NCBI GenBank assembly: GCA_021208605.1
Contig: JAJOJK010000002.1
Coordinates: 103,851 to 167,850 of the forward strand
Source: Candidatus Woesebacteria bacterium
GTDB lineage: Bacteria > Patescibacteriota > Microgenomatia > UBA1400 > UBA1396
Direction of reading: 5' to 3'
Length of the DNA: 64,000 nt
Shown here: positions 47,968-59,209 of the stretch, piece by piece
How the letters are laid out: every line of letters begins with the position of its first letter
Position numbering within the stretch: position 1 is the first letter of the stretch
Made by a program: the position numbers and the translations under genes
The notes under the pieces: generated by a model
What the model was told of the DNA's origin: nothing
Database searches by the model: none
Seen by the model: the letters and a program-made list of their open reading frames with translations, nothing else

Positions 47968-50666
47968 TTTGTGTAAAGCTTCGTTTTAGGTCTTCAAAAT
48001 GGTCCTTCGGTGAACGTGGGAGAGATTTGCCTACGGGCAGTACTGACGAAAAAGATACAGTCGATTCCGCTGAATTAAACGAAAAAAGCCAATCTAGCGA
48101 CTGCAAAGCACCAGCATCTACTGTATACGACATAGCATCAGACATATAAAAAGTTGTTACCATATCAAAGTACATTTTCGGATCCAAATTATAGCTTTTT
48201 GCTTTTTCAAAAATGCCTTGAGCTGTTTTCTCTGCCGTGTGCTCTCCCGGATTTTTAAAATACTCGCCAATAAAATCTTGATCCACCAAAGCCTCCCCCA
48301 ATTGAATCATTAACTCTGAAAAACCAAGTTTTTTCATATGTTTCTTGAGCAAAGGAACCGTAAACTCATGTTGTTGTCCGACATCATTTTTTTCGGCCAG
48401 CGCAATCGGTTTCCCAATATCATGCAAAACGAGAAATACTCGCCAAAAAGATCGTAAAGCGGGGAACATATCTGAAGCAAAATATTTTTCGTATTGCCGA
48501 AGCGTCATTAGAGTCGATTTTGCGAGTGAGTATCGCTCCAGAGGAACCGCTAGCTGAATCATCAGGTCATCTATTTCCGGATCATCGCGGAACAGAGCAA
48601 TAAACTGTACGGGAACTATTTTTTCCTGTTGAGCAGTATCAATAATTTGTTTAGATTCATAAGATTCTTTTTCTTTAGATTTTTTCTCTCGCAGCTTGTC
48701 TTTGCTGGCATACCCATAGAGATCGTATTTTCTTAAATCTGCGGTCTGACCTTGCTCTCCAGTCATGTAGAAGGTACCAGAATCAACTGACGTATCTTTT
48801 GCCTTGAGTTTTTCTTGAAAACTACTTTCGGTAATTGTTTTTTCAGTTAAATCATCAACGAAAACGACATTATTTTCTACCCAAATATCGAGATCCTTCA
48901 TTGATTCTTGCCATTTTTCCTCTTGGCGCAGTCTCTCTAACATTTGCATAAATGAAGTTTTTACTTCGTTTTTAACAACAAGAACCATTGGCTCTTGCTG
49001 AATATCTAATGCAAAACCTGGACTAGAAGGACTCTCTGTGACATACGAGCCATCAAAAACATGCAGTCCATCAGCTTCCATAAACTGTCTACCAGATAAT
49101 ACATGCCTTCGTGAAAAAACAAATGACACACCATCACCGTACCCGCTTGCCGGAATATTTTCTGAAAAGCAAACTTGATGCGTTTCTTGATCCAGTGATT
49201 TGCCTTGTGAGTATTTTTTTATTTCATCAAATTCTTCTTTCGTGATTGTCTCTACTTTGCCATTTCTTTCGATAACAATACCCTTTGACGTTGACTCGAC
49301 GAACCGAAAACTTTTTGTTGTCGCCGTCGAAAAACGAAAACTCCCAAATAACTCTTGCTGCGCAATCCGAGACGCTAAGTAGCCTGAACGCAGAATAGCT
49401 TCGACCGTATCCATACGAGCTGAATGCCAAAGTGTTTCTGAACCCTCAGCAAAGGCTCTATTCTTTTCCTTTGAACTACGCACAAACATATTGATATCGG
49501 ACAACACCCCAACACCATCAACTACAACCGGATTTTCATTGAGTTCTTCTGAGTTCGCAATAATTTGGTGAATAGGCAAGCTCATCCTCATAAGAAGATT
49601 TTCAAGTTGCTCCGTCACGTATGGATTAGCAATATAATCACTTTTCCCAAGCATACTTGATCCTCTTTCCATATTCTTCCGAATAAGGCGAAGACTAGGG
49701 TTTATACGTGAAAAAGCAGACTGAGCAATATCAGTCGCAAGTGATTCTAATTCTTTCTGTGTGGAATCAATAGAAACCTGTAACTGCTTTTGCTCTATCT
49801 CTATTGTTTGAAGAGAAGATGCTACATCTCTAGAAAAATCACCAAATCCACCCAGCTTCTCATATAATTTCTGAAATACATCATTTTTTTGCTGAAACCA
49901 TGCTTCCATTTGAGAAACAAGTTGTTTTCTTTTCTCCATCTCTTGAACAATATGCTGCCATTCCTGAGAAAGATCTTCTAAATCAGTCTTACGTATCGTT
50001 TTTTTTGCAGCACAGTTTTCTCTAACAGACTCTACCTTCCGCCAAAATAGTGACATTGCATTTGAATCCAATGCTGCTTGTTCTCGCAAAATACGCTGTG
50101 GCAAACTCCGCATTCTTCTGAGTAATTCAGACGTAATCTGTTGTGCATATTTTTCAAAAGCTCGCTGTTCAGCTTTCGAAAAACCCCGATATTTTTCTTC
50201 TGACAATCGACTGTAAATCTCCAGAGGCAAACTGTGTTTCCTTTTCTGAAAGCTCTTTCCAAAACGTTGCTTCCATATCAGTGGTGTAAAACACACCCCG
50301 CAGAGACTCAGAAACTCCTTTCCTCTGCTCGATTCCACGAACAATTGATTCCAAATTTCGTAACAATCCTTCTAAATCAGCTGTTATTGACTTAACAGAA
50401 ACTGTTTCTTGCGAATTAGGACCAAAAGAAATTTGATCAAAAAGAGGCAAAGTGTCGAGTAAATACTGGGCTTCATCAATAACAGAGTTCGACACTTCTC
50501 TATTTTGCTCCTCTACCTCCTGGACTTTTTCACGCGATCGCCGAGGCAATAAATCAGAAACAACCAATCGGGGTTCTCCGATTGGTTCTTCTTTTTCAGC
50601 ATCTTTACGCTCGGATCGTTCTTGTCGAGGCTGCAAAAGAGTATCTTTTAAATCAGCTGCCGACAT
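47957..50666 (-). CDS. Large multidomain hypothetical protein (coiled coil, ART-like motif, HD-like end), frameshift at the A5 run 50179-50183
   Basis: ORFs 50169-50666 and 47957-50344 join if one base is removed. LWHSA....AILRSGYLAS; LHDIGK..H. Confidence 0.68.
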
Positions 50667-50753
50667 GTCTATTCCTCATTACTCGTCATTGGTTCCTGCA
50701 TTTAAACTATACAGCGTAAATTGTGAATTGCACATTTATATGCAAATTGATCT

Positions 50754-52487
50754 CTACAACACTACCTCCAAAATCTCATACCACAACGGCGCCGCTGTCT
50801 CCGATCCCCAAGGTGAACTCGTGGGCTCGCGTAGCTTCACGAGCATGACAAATTCGGGATCCTCGGCTGGAGCAAAACCAATAAAACTGGTCAACGTGGC
50901 GTCTTCCAGATACTCACCTTTTTCTGCAATTTGAGCGGTGCCTGTTTTCCCCGCTACCACGACATCTTCAGAATCGGTCCATTTGGCGTCACCCTGATTC
51001 GCCGTATAGATCATCATCTCAGTAACTGTTTTGGCAGTGGACGGAGAAATGACTCGGCGCTGCTCGTAGGGCTCAATAATAAACTCACCATCTTCTTCGA
51101 TTACTTTTTCCACCACGTGTGGCTGCACGAGCGCTCCGCCATTGGCAATCGCAGCCACAGCTCGAATTAAGTTAATACTCGTAGTCGCAATACCCTGACC
51201 AAAAGACGCGGTAGCTAAATCAATCGTGCGCCATTGACTGTCTTCCCGAAAATCGTAGCGCGCTTCTCCCTGCAAATCGATGCCTGTAGTCTCAGCAAAA
51301 CCGAAATCGCGCAAACCACGTAAAAAGCGCTCTTTCCCAATTCTCTCTTGCGCAAACACCATAGCTGTATTATCAGATTTGGCTAGACCATCAAGCATGT
51401 TGATACCAGGATTGTACTCTTCGTTCCAAGTTTTGATAGAGAAACCAGAAATAACTCGTGGACCATCGCAATCAGTACACTCAGTCTGTGGTGTGATGGC
51501 ACCCGTCTCGATACCCAACGCCATGGTGATAACTTTCATGGTTGAGCCAGGCTCATAGAGATCAGACACCGATGGATTCCGGTATGTTTTGGGATCAAAA
51601 TCAATAAAACTTGCTGGATCATATTTTGGAAAACTGGCCATCGCAATGATTGCTCCTGTTTTGGGGTTCATAATCACCACTTCTCCAGATTGGGCTCCGT
51701 ATCGCTCAAGCCCGGCTAAGAGTTTCTGCTCCACTTGGTGCTGGAGACCTTTGTCGATAGTTAGTTGCAAATCTTTTCCTGCTTGGGCGGCCAATTGTTG
51801 TGATTTTCCCAGAGTAATTGGTAATCCGAGAGCCGTACGCTGCTCCTGCACCAAACCTTCTCGACCACGCAGCTCTAAATCGTAGTATCCCTCAATGCCA
51901 AAATAGCCCGTATCTTCGCCAGCATCATTCTTTCCCACAAAGCCAAGCAGTTGTGCCGAAACCGAGGCGTCGGGATAGTATCGATACATATGAGGATCAA
52001 AGCCGAGTCCCGTAATATCAAGACGCTCAATCTTTTCACGTTGCTCACGATCTATGCGTGGCCACACCGGTACCCATTTTCGATCTGGCTTATCAAGAGC
52101 GGCAATCAACTGGGCTTCGATGTCTTCTTCCCGTTCTTCAAGCCAGGCCTCGTCGGTGGCATATTCAGGTTCAATCTCTAGTGTGGAAAACACAATCGGG
52201 GTCAATTGTTCAGCGATATCAGAAGCGGAATCTTCGAAACGATACGGCTCCGCGAAAAGGGTGTAGAGTTCTTGATTGGTGGCAAATACAGCGCCATGAG
52301 TATCAAAAATCGTGCCACGCTGCGTGCGGAGCGGAATCCACGACTCATACTGCTCGGCAGCTGAACTCGCTAACTCCTCGTGTTTCCAGAGCTGCCAGTA
52401 GGCTAAACGCGCAACCACCACCACAAAAGCACACATGAGGAGAAAACACCATACTTGGAGGCGACGCTGCAAACCGGACATCTGCAT
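50754..52487 (-). CDS. ftsI: Class B penicillin-binding protein (FtsI-like)
   Basis: RGTIFD, YEPGSTMK (SxxK), SDN, KTGTAQ; located in the dcw cluster. Confidence 0.88.
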   Translation of the reverse strand: MQMSGLQRRLQVWCFLLMCAFVVVVARLAYWQLWKHEELASSAAEQYESWIPLRTQRGTIFDTHGAVFATNQELYTLFAEPYRFEDSASDIAEQLTPIVFSTLEIEPEYATDEAWLEEREEDIEAQLIAALDKPDRKWVPVWPRIDREQREKIERLDITGLGFDPHMYRYYPDASVSAQLLGFVGKNDAGEDTGYFGIEGYYDLELRGREGLVQEQRTALGLPITLGKSQQLAAQAGKDLQLTIDKGLQHQVEQKLLAGLERYGAQSGEVVIMNPKTGAIIAMASFPKYDPASFIDFDPKTYRNPSVSDLYEPGSTMKVITMALGIETGAITPQTECTDCDGPRVISGFSIKTWNEEYNPGINMLDGLAKSDNTAMVFAQERIGKERFLRGLRDFGFAETTGIDLQGEARYDFREDSQWRTIDLATASFGQGIATTSINLIRAVAAIANGGALVQPHVVEKVIEEDGEFIIEPYEQRRVISPSTAKTVTEMMIYTANQGDAKWTDSEDVVVAGKTGTAQIAEKGEYLEDATLTSFIGFAPAEDPEFVMLVKLREPTSSPWGSETAAPLWYEILEVVL

Positions 52488-52493
52488 ACAGTT

Positions 52494-52835
52494 TTAGCGC
52501 TGCGCCACTGGGGTCGTCAAGTTGAGACTGGCTACTGGAGCAGCATCAACTGTGAACCCAGCGTCGGCAGCGTAGGCTTGGGTATAGGACAAAGAGGTCA
52601 CTTCCGCCAAACGCTCTTGCAGTACTTGTTGCTGCTGCAAAGCAATTTCGCGGCGCTCTTGTAAATGAGCAAGTGTGTAAGAAGCGCGAATAGAAACACC
52701 AGCCGCAAATACAGCCAGGAAGAAAAGACAGAAGACTCCCACAACCGCAGCTGGCACCAGCCAGTTGCGTTGGGGTTCATCTACCACCACTGGAGTGGTG
52801 AATTGATTTGACTGAGCAATGCGTACACGTTTCAT
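52494..52835 (-). CDS. ftsL: FtsL-like cell division protein
   Basis: Single TM plus short coiled coil, lying between rsmH and the PBP gene (positional call). Confidence 0.6.
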   Translation of the reverse strand: MKRVRIAQSNQFTTPVVVDEPQRNWLVPAAVVGVFCLFFLAVFAAGVSIRASYTLAHLQERREIALQQQQVLQERLAEVTSLSYTQAYAADAGFTVDAAPVASLNLTTPVAQR

Positions 52836-53710
52836 AATAGTTCCAGTACCCGGACTTTGACGCTGCGGGCGCGCGGGTTTTCTTGTATTTCTTCGTCACT
52901 CGGCATGAGTGGTTTTTTGTAGACCTGGACACCGCGACCACTTTTTTCCCATGCGCGGAAGCGTTGTTTCACTTCACGATCTTCGCCTTCATGGAAACTC
53001 ATGAAGACCAGTCGACCACTTGGTTCGATCCAGTGCAGGACTTGATCGAGCAAAACAGTCAAGTTGTCGAGCTCCATGTTGACGGCCATACGCAAAGCCA
53101 TAAAGACCTTGGTAGCCGGATGCAGTTTTGAGTTTTTGCGCGGTTTGACGCGAGCAATGAGATCGGCCAGTTGTTTGGTAGTGGTAAATGGTTTTTCTTC
53201 TCTGGCCTGCACGATGCGACGGGCAATTGCGCTCGAAGAGGTTTCCTGAGCAAAATCCCAGAAGAGACTCTTGAGATGGCGCTCGGGCAAAGCATTGACC
53301 AAATCAGCGGCAGTAACACCGAAATCGGTGTTCATGCGCATATCGAGTGGCTCGTCTTCTTGAAAGGTGAAGCCGCGTTCAGATTCCTCAATCTGATTGC
53401 TGCTCATACCGAGATCGAACATGGCGCCGTGAAAGTCATGGTGTTGAAAACCGGCATCTTTGAGAAGTTGCGACAACTGGGCAAAGTTGCCATGAATCAA
53501 TTTCAGGTGTCCGTTGGCTAGTTCTTCGGCAAACTGTCGCTCACCGAACTCAATGGCATCATGATCGAGATCAAACGCGACCACTTTGCCACCTCGCTCG
53601 AGAATTTCGCGAGTGTGTCCGCCGCGGCCAAATGTGCCATCGATAAACCACTTGTCTGCTTGGACATCAAGTTCGTTGACAACTTCATCTCTCATGACTG
53701 GTTTATGCAT
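52832..53710 (-). CDS. rsmH: 16S rRNA m4C1402 methyltransferase
   Basis: HKPVM..E, DGTFGRGGHT, DLGMSS.Q, PLDMRM, HPATK.F.ALR..VN, NPRARS. Confidence 0.96.
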   Translation of the reverse strand: MHKPVMRDEVVNELDVQADKWFIDGTFGRGGHTREILERGGKVVAFDLDHDAIEFGERQFAEELANGHLKLIHGNFAQLSQLLKDAGFQHHDFHGAMFDLGMSSNQIEESERGFTFQEDEPLDMRMNTDFGVTAADLVNALPERHLKSLFWDFAQETSSSAIARRIVQAREEKPFTTTKQLADLIARVKPRKNSKLHPATKVFMALRMAVNMELDNLTVLLDQVLHWIEPSGRLVFMSFHEGEDREVKQRFRAWEKSGRGVQVYKKPLMPSDEEIQENPRARSVKVRVLELL

Positions 53711-54137
53711 GTTCCTCCCACTCCAAACTTTCGGCGATTTCTTCGGCTTGATCTTGAATGGAATCGAGATAGGTGTGATAGGTATCGCGATCCCAGATTT
53801 CGACATACTGCAGTGAACCAACAATCACGACGTCTTTGTCGAGCTTGAAGGCATTGGCGAGCGTGTCAGGAATGGTAACTCGCCCCACTTTATCTGGCTC
53901 AACGACATAGGCGTCGTTACTGAGCAAGCGGAGAAAATTACGCGCTTTTTTCTTAGTAAAGGGTTGGTGTTCCAGGTTGTTCACGAGCTTGTTCCAGAAT
54001 GACTCTGGAAGCAGGAAGATTCCGCCATCGAGACCTCGAGTCAGAACCGGGGAGTTTCCGAGAGAGCCACGCATGTTTTTGGGAACAGTGACGCGTCGTT
54101 GTGAATCGAGCGAGTGATACGACGTCCCAATCAGCAT
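53703..54137 (-). CDS. mraZ: Transcriptional regulator MraZ
   Basis: D..RR.TVP, TRGLDG, DKVGRVTIP, VEIWD. Confidence 0.93.
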   Translation of the reverse strand: MLIGTSYHSLDSQRRVTVPKNMRGSLGNSPVLTRGLDGGIFLLPESFWNKLVNNLEHQPFTKKKARNFLRLLSNDAYVVEPDKVGRVTIPDTLANAFKLDKDVVIVGSLQYVEIWDRDTYHTYLDSIQDQAEEIAESLEWEEHA

Positions 54138-54274
54138 GTAATAACTTTTTCTCTAGGATATTTTCCCTATTGTTTCCTTTCATTAACTATATAGCGTTTG
54201 TAGTTGAGGTGCAACGGGGAAATGCGTAGCAAAAACCTGTGGCATAATGAACACAGAACAAAAGATAGAAACTC

Positions 54275-55294
54275 ATGTCTCAAGAAACACGTCCACTCCA
54301 GGAACTAAATCAAATTTTTCCTATTTCAGAAGTAATTCCTGAAAATATTCTGAAAACCATTCAAAATGCTGAGTTCGGCACTGATCTCTCTCGTCGGCTT
54401 GATTTTGGTAAATTCGAGAGTGAACAGCTCATTGCTGATATCGTAGAAAGTTCTGTTCGAGCGGGAAGATGGCAGGGAACTATTATCGATACCACGATTG
54501 AAGATCCGCATAATTTGCAACAAAGCATTCATGCCTTTTTTCGGCATCTAGCGGAAAATAGAGTACTTGGTTACAAAGAGGGTATCGAAAGACTTATAAA
54601 TAATAATTGGGCATCAATCGTTTTTCATAATGGAAAATTAGCGCTGGTGCCGACACCTGATGGTATTACTAAACTCAAAAACCAATTTGACACATCAATT
54701 CGATTTGTGACAGCCAATCCACCTCCAGACAAGAAGCAAGCACACGCTGCTCCTGCAGAAGACGAGGTAAACATGATCATTGAAACATTTTTGAGAGAAA
54801 CACAACTAACTGAACAAATCAACGAACGAATCGAAAATTTCAGTCCTGATGAGAAAAACACCTATCAACGAATGCTACATTATTTCCAACTTGATAATCA
54901 GGTCGATGTTGCTACCGCCGAAAGTATTTTTTATGAACTCTTTGATTCTGATGACTACTCACCACAAGAAAAGAAATCTTTGGACGACGTTTTAGCTGCT
55001 CTCAAAAACGGGATAGAGGTTTACAAGAAATCAGAAAAACTACTCACGCTCATTCAACAATTACAGTCTCTTATTTATAGGCTATTGAAACTCAAGCAAT
55101 TCATTCTTGTGATTAACCCAGAAGAAGGAACAAATATTCGATTTTTGGAAGAATCGCAAAAACAACTCGAGGAATTTTCATTGGAACTCACCGACCCGGT
55201 TCTTTCTTTAGAAAGATTTGCTGAACTGCAAGATTTCACTGAGACACGTGCTCAAAGAATTTATGAAATCAGTGATAATTATTCATATGATTAA
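54275..55294 (+). CDS. Hypothetical acidic helical protein
   Basis: 339-aa ORF in AT-rich DNA. Confidence 0.7.
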   Translation: MSQETRPLQELNQIFPISEVIPENILKTIQNAEFGTDLSRRLDFGKFESEQLIADIVESSVRAGRWQGTIIDTTIEDPHNLQQSIHAFFRHLAENRVLGYKEGIERLINNNWASIVFHNGKLALVPTPDGITKLKNQFDTSIRFVTANPPPDKKQAHAAPAEDEVNMIIETFLRETQLTEQINERIENFSPDEKNTYQRMLHYFQLDNQVDVATAESIFYELFDSDDYSPQEKKSLDDVLAALKNGIEVYKKSEKLLTLIQQLQSLIYRLLKLKQFILVINPEEGTNIRFLEESQKQLEEFSLELTDPVLSLERFAELQDFTETRAQRIYEISDNYSYD

Positions 55295-55360
55295 AGACTC
55301 CCGAAACAGTCATGTCGACACATCTCAAGACTAAAAACAAGATAGCAAATCGCTAAATTT

Positions 55361-55966
55361 TCACTGAAACAATCGCGGACGCCCTAACCGGTACTCATAG
55401 TTACCGAGCTTCCGCTCCCCAATCTCCTTCGCCGGCACGCCGCCAACAATTTTCCCTGGCGCCACATCTTTCGTCACTACGGCACCAGCGCCAATCACAG
55501 CACCTTTTCCAACAGTAACTCCAGGTAAAATAATCGCGCGTGGACCAATAAATACGTAGTCTTCAATAACCACTGGCTCTTCAATCGGACCAAAATCAGC
55601 AGCGTTAATATCGTGCTCACTGTTATAAATCATCACCTGAGAAGCAATGTCGACATGGTTGCCAATTGTGAGCGGCGCACGTCCATCCAAAACGGCGTGA
55701 TCACCCACGAGAGTGCCTTCGCCAATAGAAACCCCACTCGGCTTATAAAACTTGGCACCAACATGAATGGTCGATTTTTTGCCCATGCGCACACCGGCCA
55801 ATCCAAAAAAGATGCGGCGGAAAGTATGCAATGGCACGTACGCCACCACACTGAGCCACAGTAATTCTAGGTCTTCAAAGTAACTGCCAAAACGGCGGAA
55901 AATTTTGCCGAGAGCGGTTTCCCAACTCAATTGATTCCCCATGCGATCGCGAAACGGTGATGTCAT
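55361..55966 (-). CDS. Hexapeptide-repeat acyltransferase
   Basis: V.IEDYVFIGPRAIILPGVTVGKGAVIGAGAVVTKDV...GGVPAK. Confidence 0.92.
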   Translation of the reverse strand: MTSPFRDRMGNQLSWETALGKIFRRFGSYFEDLELLWLSVVAYVPLHTFRRIFFGLAGVRMGKKSTIHVGAKFYKPSGVSIGEGTLVGDHAVLDGRAPLTIGNHVDIASQVMIYNSEHDINAADFGPIEEPVVIEDYVFIGPRAIILPGVTVGKGAVIGAGAVVTKDVAPGKIVGGVPAKEIGERKLGNYEYRLGRPRLFQ

Positions 55967-55990
55967 GCTGGTATCGTATCATGTTTCGGC

Positions 55991-56966
55991 CTAGACGATC
56001 ATCCGTCCACGCGCGGTACGTTTGATCTTGCCGATCTGCATGAGATACGGTTCAACGACTTCTTCGAGCGTCAAAGCGTCTTCGCTCAGCGCCGCGGCCA
56101 AGGTCTGCAATCCTACCGGACCACCGTGGAACTGGTGTTTGAGTACCTCGATGTAGCGGCGATCGTGTTCATCTAAACCATCCTCATCAATCTGTTGCAG
56201 GGCTAAGGCGTCTTTGAGGTGGCGGTTCTCGACCGCTGCACTGTTATCGAGTTGGGCAATGTCGCGCACGCGTTTCAAGAGTTTGAGCGCAATACGGGGC
56301 GTTCCACGGGAACGGCGAGCCAGGGCAAGAGCCACATCTTCTCTCATCTTGACACCAAAGTTTCTCGCCTGCCCCCTGCAAAATAACAATCAATTCTTCT
56401 GGCTCGTAGTACTTTACGCGATGCACCAAACCAAACCGGTCGCGAAATGGCGCCGCGAGACTTCCATATTTGGTAGTGGCTCCAACAAGAGTGAACGGCG
56501 GTAAATCCAAACGCATCACGCGTGCTGACGGACCTTTGCCCAAGACCACATCGAGCGCAAAATCCTCCATAACGGGATACAGCGTTTCCTCAATTTGCCG
56601 TGGTAAGCGGTGGATTTCGTCAATAAAGAAAATATCATTGGGTTGCAGACTCGTCAAAATAGCGGCCACATCGCCAACTTTGGTGAGCGTAGTAGCCGAG
56701 GCAATGTGGATTTGGCTCCCCATCGACTTGGAAATCAAGTTCGAGAGTGTTGTCTTCCCAAGTCCGGGCGGGCCATACAGGAGCGTGTGCTCCAGGGCCT
56801 CTTCGCGCTGACGAGCGGCTTCTATGGCCACCTGCAGAGACTGTTTGACCTGCGACTGACCGTGGAACTCATCCCAGGCTTCGACGCGTAAGGATGTAAA
56901 TAACTGCTCCTCCTCTGGTGAGGTGGGCATGTCATCAAAGATGTCGTTTTTCGGTATGTTGGCCAT
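55991..56966 (-). CDS. ruvB: Holliday junction helicase RuvB, frameshift at about 56350-56380
   Basis: GPPGLGKTT, FIDEIHRL, GATT, RDRFG; then RGTPRIA..LLKRVRD, GGPVGL, EPYL, TARGR in the adjacent frame. Confidence 0.95.
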
Positions 56967-56967
56967 A

Positions 56968-57534
56968 TTACCTCTTGAGTTGTTGGAGCGCCCATTTCAG
57001 GGCCTGCTCTGGAGTCCAGTCTTTTTCAATTTGTTGCAGTATTGGCTGAATATCGGCCGCACCATAGCCCATACTTTCCAGTGCCTCCTGCACGTCTTGC
57101 GCCACTGGCGATTGGAGTTCAAAGACAATGCCGCCCTCGCCACCAATCTTGGACTGCAGTTCCAAAATGATTTTCTGAGCTGTTTTCTTCCCCAAACGCG
57201 GCACCGACTGGAAAAAGGCCACATTCGACTGACGAATTGCCTCCACGCCGGCCTGAAAGCCATCATTCAAGACATTCAAGGCTGTCTTCGGACCAACGCC
57301 AGAAACGCCAATCAACAAAGTAAAAAACTCTCGGTCTTCTCTACTGCTAAATCCATAGAGTTCCAGAGCGTCCTCTTTCACATGCGTGTAAATATGCAAC
57401 TGAGCCTTCTCCCCGAGCGGAAAACGTGTCAGCTGGCGTGGCGGGACCAATACTTCGTACCCCACATCGTGGACATCGAGTACCAGACCCTCGCTAAATA
57501 GTGAGGCGACTTTTCCGGTGAGCATTCGTATCAT
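56968..57534 (-). CDS. ruvA: Holliday junction binding protein RuvA
   Basis: VGYEV, VKED...LYGF, VSGVGPK, LGKKTAQKI..EL. Confidence 0.96.
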   Translation of the reverse strand: MIRMLTGKVASLFSEGLVLDVHDVGYEVLVPPRQLTRFPLGEKAQLHIYTHVKEDALELYGFSSREDREFFTLLIGVSGVGPKTALNVLNDGFQAGVEAIRQSNVAFFQSVPRLGKKTAQKIILELQSKIGGEGGIVFELQSPVAQDVQEALESMGYGAADIQPILQQIEKDWTPEQALKWALQQLKR

Positions 57535-58037
57535 AGTATCTTTCCCGTTTTCCAGTGGCTCGCGTGCGTGACGGCCGCGGCCAATGCATCACCAGTATCG
57601 TCAAGATTCGGGATTTTTTCAAGTTTCAGTAAACGGTACACCATGCCGAGCATCTGGTCTTTGGGGGCGTTGCCTTGTCCAGTGACGGCCATTTTGATGG
57701 TATTCGGGGCATATTCTGCCACGGGGATCGCGTGGAGAAATGACTGCGCGAAGATCAGTCCCCGTACTTCGCTCACCGGCAACGCAGTCGACACATTGCG
57801 CGAAAAAAACAAACTTTCGATGGCAATAACGTCAATTGGATACTGAGCAAACAAATGATCCATCTGCCGCCAGATTTGACGGAAACGATCGGCCTTCTCA
57901 TCTTTCGCAGAAGTCTGCACACACCCATACTCCACTGCTTTAAGCGCGGTATTTTGCTGTGCCACAATGGCCCAGCCACACCGATCGTAACCTGGGTCAA
58001 TTCCTAAAATCAGCTGACGAAATGGTTTCGCCGTCAT
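57531..58037 (-). CDS. ruvC: Holliday junction resolvase RuvC
   Basis: ILGIDPG, AIESLFF, K..VTG.GNA.K, DD..DALA.A..H. Confidence 0.96.
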   Translation of the reverse strand: MTAKPFRQLILGIDPGYDRCGWAIVAQQNTALKAVEYGCVQTSAKDEKADRFRQIWRQMDHLFAQYPIDVIAIESLFFSRNVSTALPVSEVRGLIFAQSFLHAIPVAEYAPNTIKMAVTGQGNAPKDQMLGMVYRLLKLEKIPNLDDTGDALAAAVTHASHWKTGKIL

Positions 58038-58061
58038 ATGTGTCTCTCACCATACCACGTC

Positions 58062-59201
58062 TTATAAGGCATGGGTATGACTGAGTAACTTCCAGAGCGT
58101 TTCCCCAACCAACGCACCAGATTTTTCCCAAGAGAACTGACTGGCGTGCACCTGCAACGCCGCAATCATTTTCTTCTTCTCTGCTGGCGAACACGCTAAC
58201 ACTTCTTCAATTCCGCGAGCAATATCTTCTACTGATTCCGGATCAACTTTAATGCCGCTTTCTCCTACTACCTCTGGCAAAGAAGAAGCGTCAGAAACCA
58301 CAGGAATGGTTCCCAACAACAGAGCCTCCAGTGGCGGAATGCCAAACCCTTCGTACAAACCTGGTAGTACCAACATTTCCGCTTCCATGAGTAAAGCGTA
58401 TTTTTCTTCGTCGGTCACGAATCCGAGCTGGCGAATGTGGTCACGGGCCGATGAAGTTTCTATGCGTTGCACAATGGAGTCGCTTTTCCAGCCAATTTTT
58501 CCAGCCAGGACAAGCTCGCCATCCCACCCGTTTTGGCGGACCACTTCAAAGGCGCCAACCAAGCGGTCAATGTTTTTACGTGGTTGCACAGTACCAACAT
58601 ACACCAAAAATGGCTTCTGGATTCCAAAACGCTCCCGTACTGCTTGGCGCGTCGCCGCACTTGGTTCAACAATATTTCGGGGAGCTGCTGGATACACCAC
58701 CGTCACATCTTCGGGATCGCGGCGGTACTGTTCAATAACATCGTTTTTGGTCGCCTCCGAAATGGCGAATATATGCTGTCCTTGCGTTCCGCTGTATTGC
58801 GTGAGGAAGTGGAGTTGCCAATAGTCTTTGCGTTTAAAATGATCAGAAAAAAACTCAAAAGCCAAATCCATAATCGTAGGCACTACAGGAACCGGTGCAC
58901 TGCTGGGCACATAATGGCCCGGTGAAAAAAAGAGCTGAATGTCACGCTTCTGCCACAGCTCTAATGGTAACCGCCAGAGCGTCCAAAATGGCACATGCGG
59001 CACTACTCGATACTGCCACCACGCCGTTTCCGCCGGCATATCTGACAGAGGCGCAGCCGATATGTAGACAATAACCGAAAATTTTTGTGTCTCATTCAAC
59101 CACTCATGCAGCGCGTGCAACAACTCATACGCATAGACGTTACTGCCGACTCGGTTGAGTACGTTGGCTTCGTTTCCATCAATTCCAATGGTGTACTGCA
59201 T
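58062..59201 (-). CDS. Glycosyltransferase family 4
   Basis: IDGNEANV..RVG, GTVQPRKN, YEGFGIPPLEA. Confidence 0.92.
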   Translation of the reverse strand: MQYTIGIDGNEANVLNRVGSNVYAYELLHALHEWLNETQKFSVIVYISAAPLSDMPAETAWWQYRVVPHVPFWTLWRLPLELWQKRDIQLFFSPGHYVPSSAPVPVVPTIMDLAFEFFSDHFKRKDYWQLHFLTQYSGTQGQHIFAISEATKNDVIEQYRRDPEDVTVVYPAAPRNIVEPSAATRQAVRERFGIQKPFLVYVGTVQPRKNIDRLVGAFEVVRQNGWDGELVLAGKIGWKSDSIVQRIETSSARDHIRQLGFVTDEEKYALLMEAEMLVLPGLYEGFGIPPLEALLLGTIPVVSDASSLPEVVGESGIKVDPESVEDIARGIEEVLACSPAEKKKMIAALQVHASQFSWEKSGALVGETLWKLLSHTHAL

Positions 59202-59209
59202 GCGTTCCT

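Noticed and set aside
54138-54200. MraZ-binding repeats upstream of mraZ
   Set aside because: Only irregularly spaced GGAAA/GAGAAA words, not GTGGG repeats with 10-bp period.
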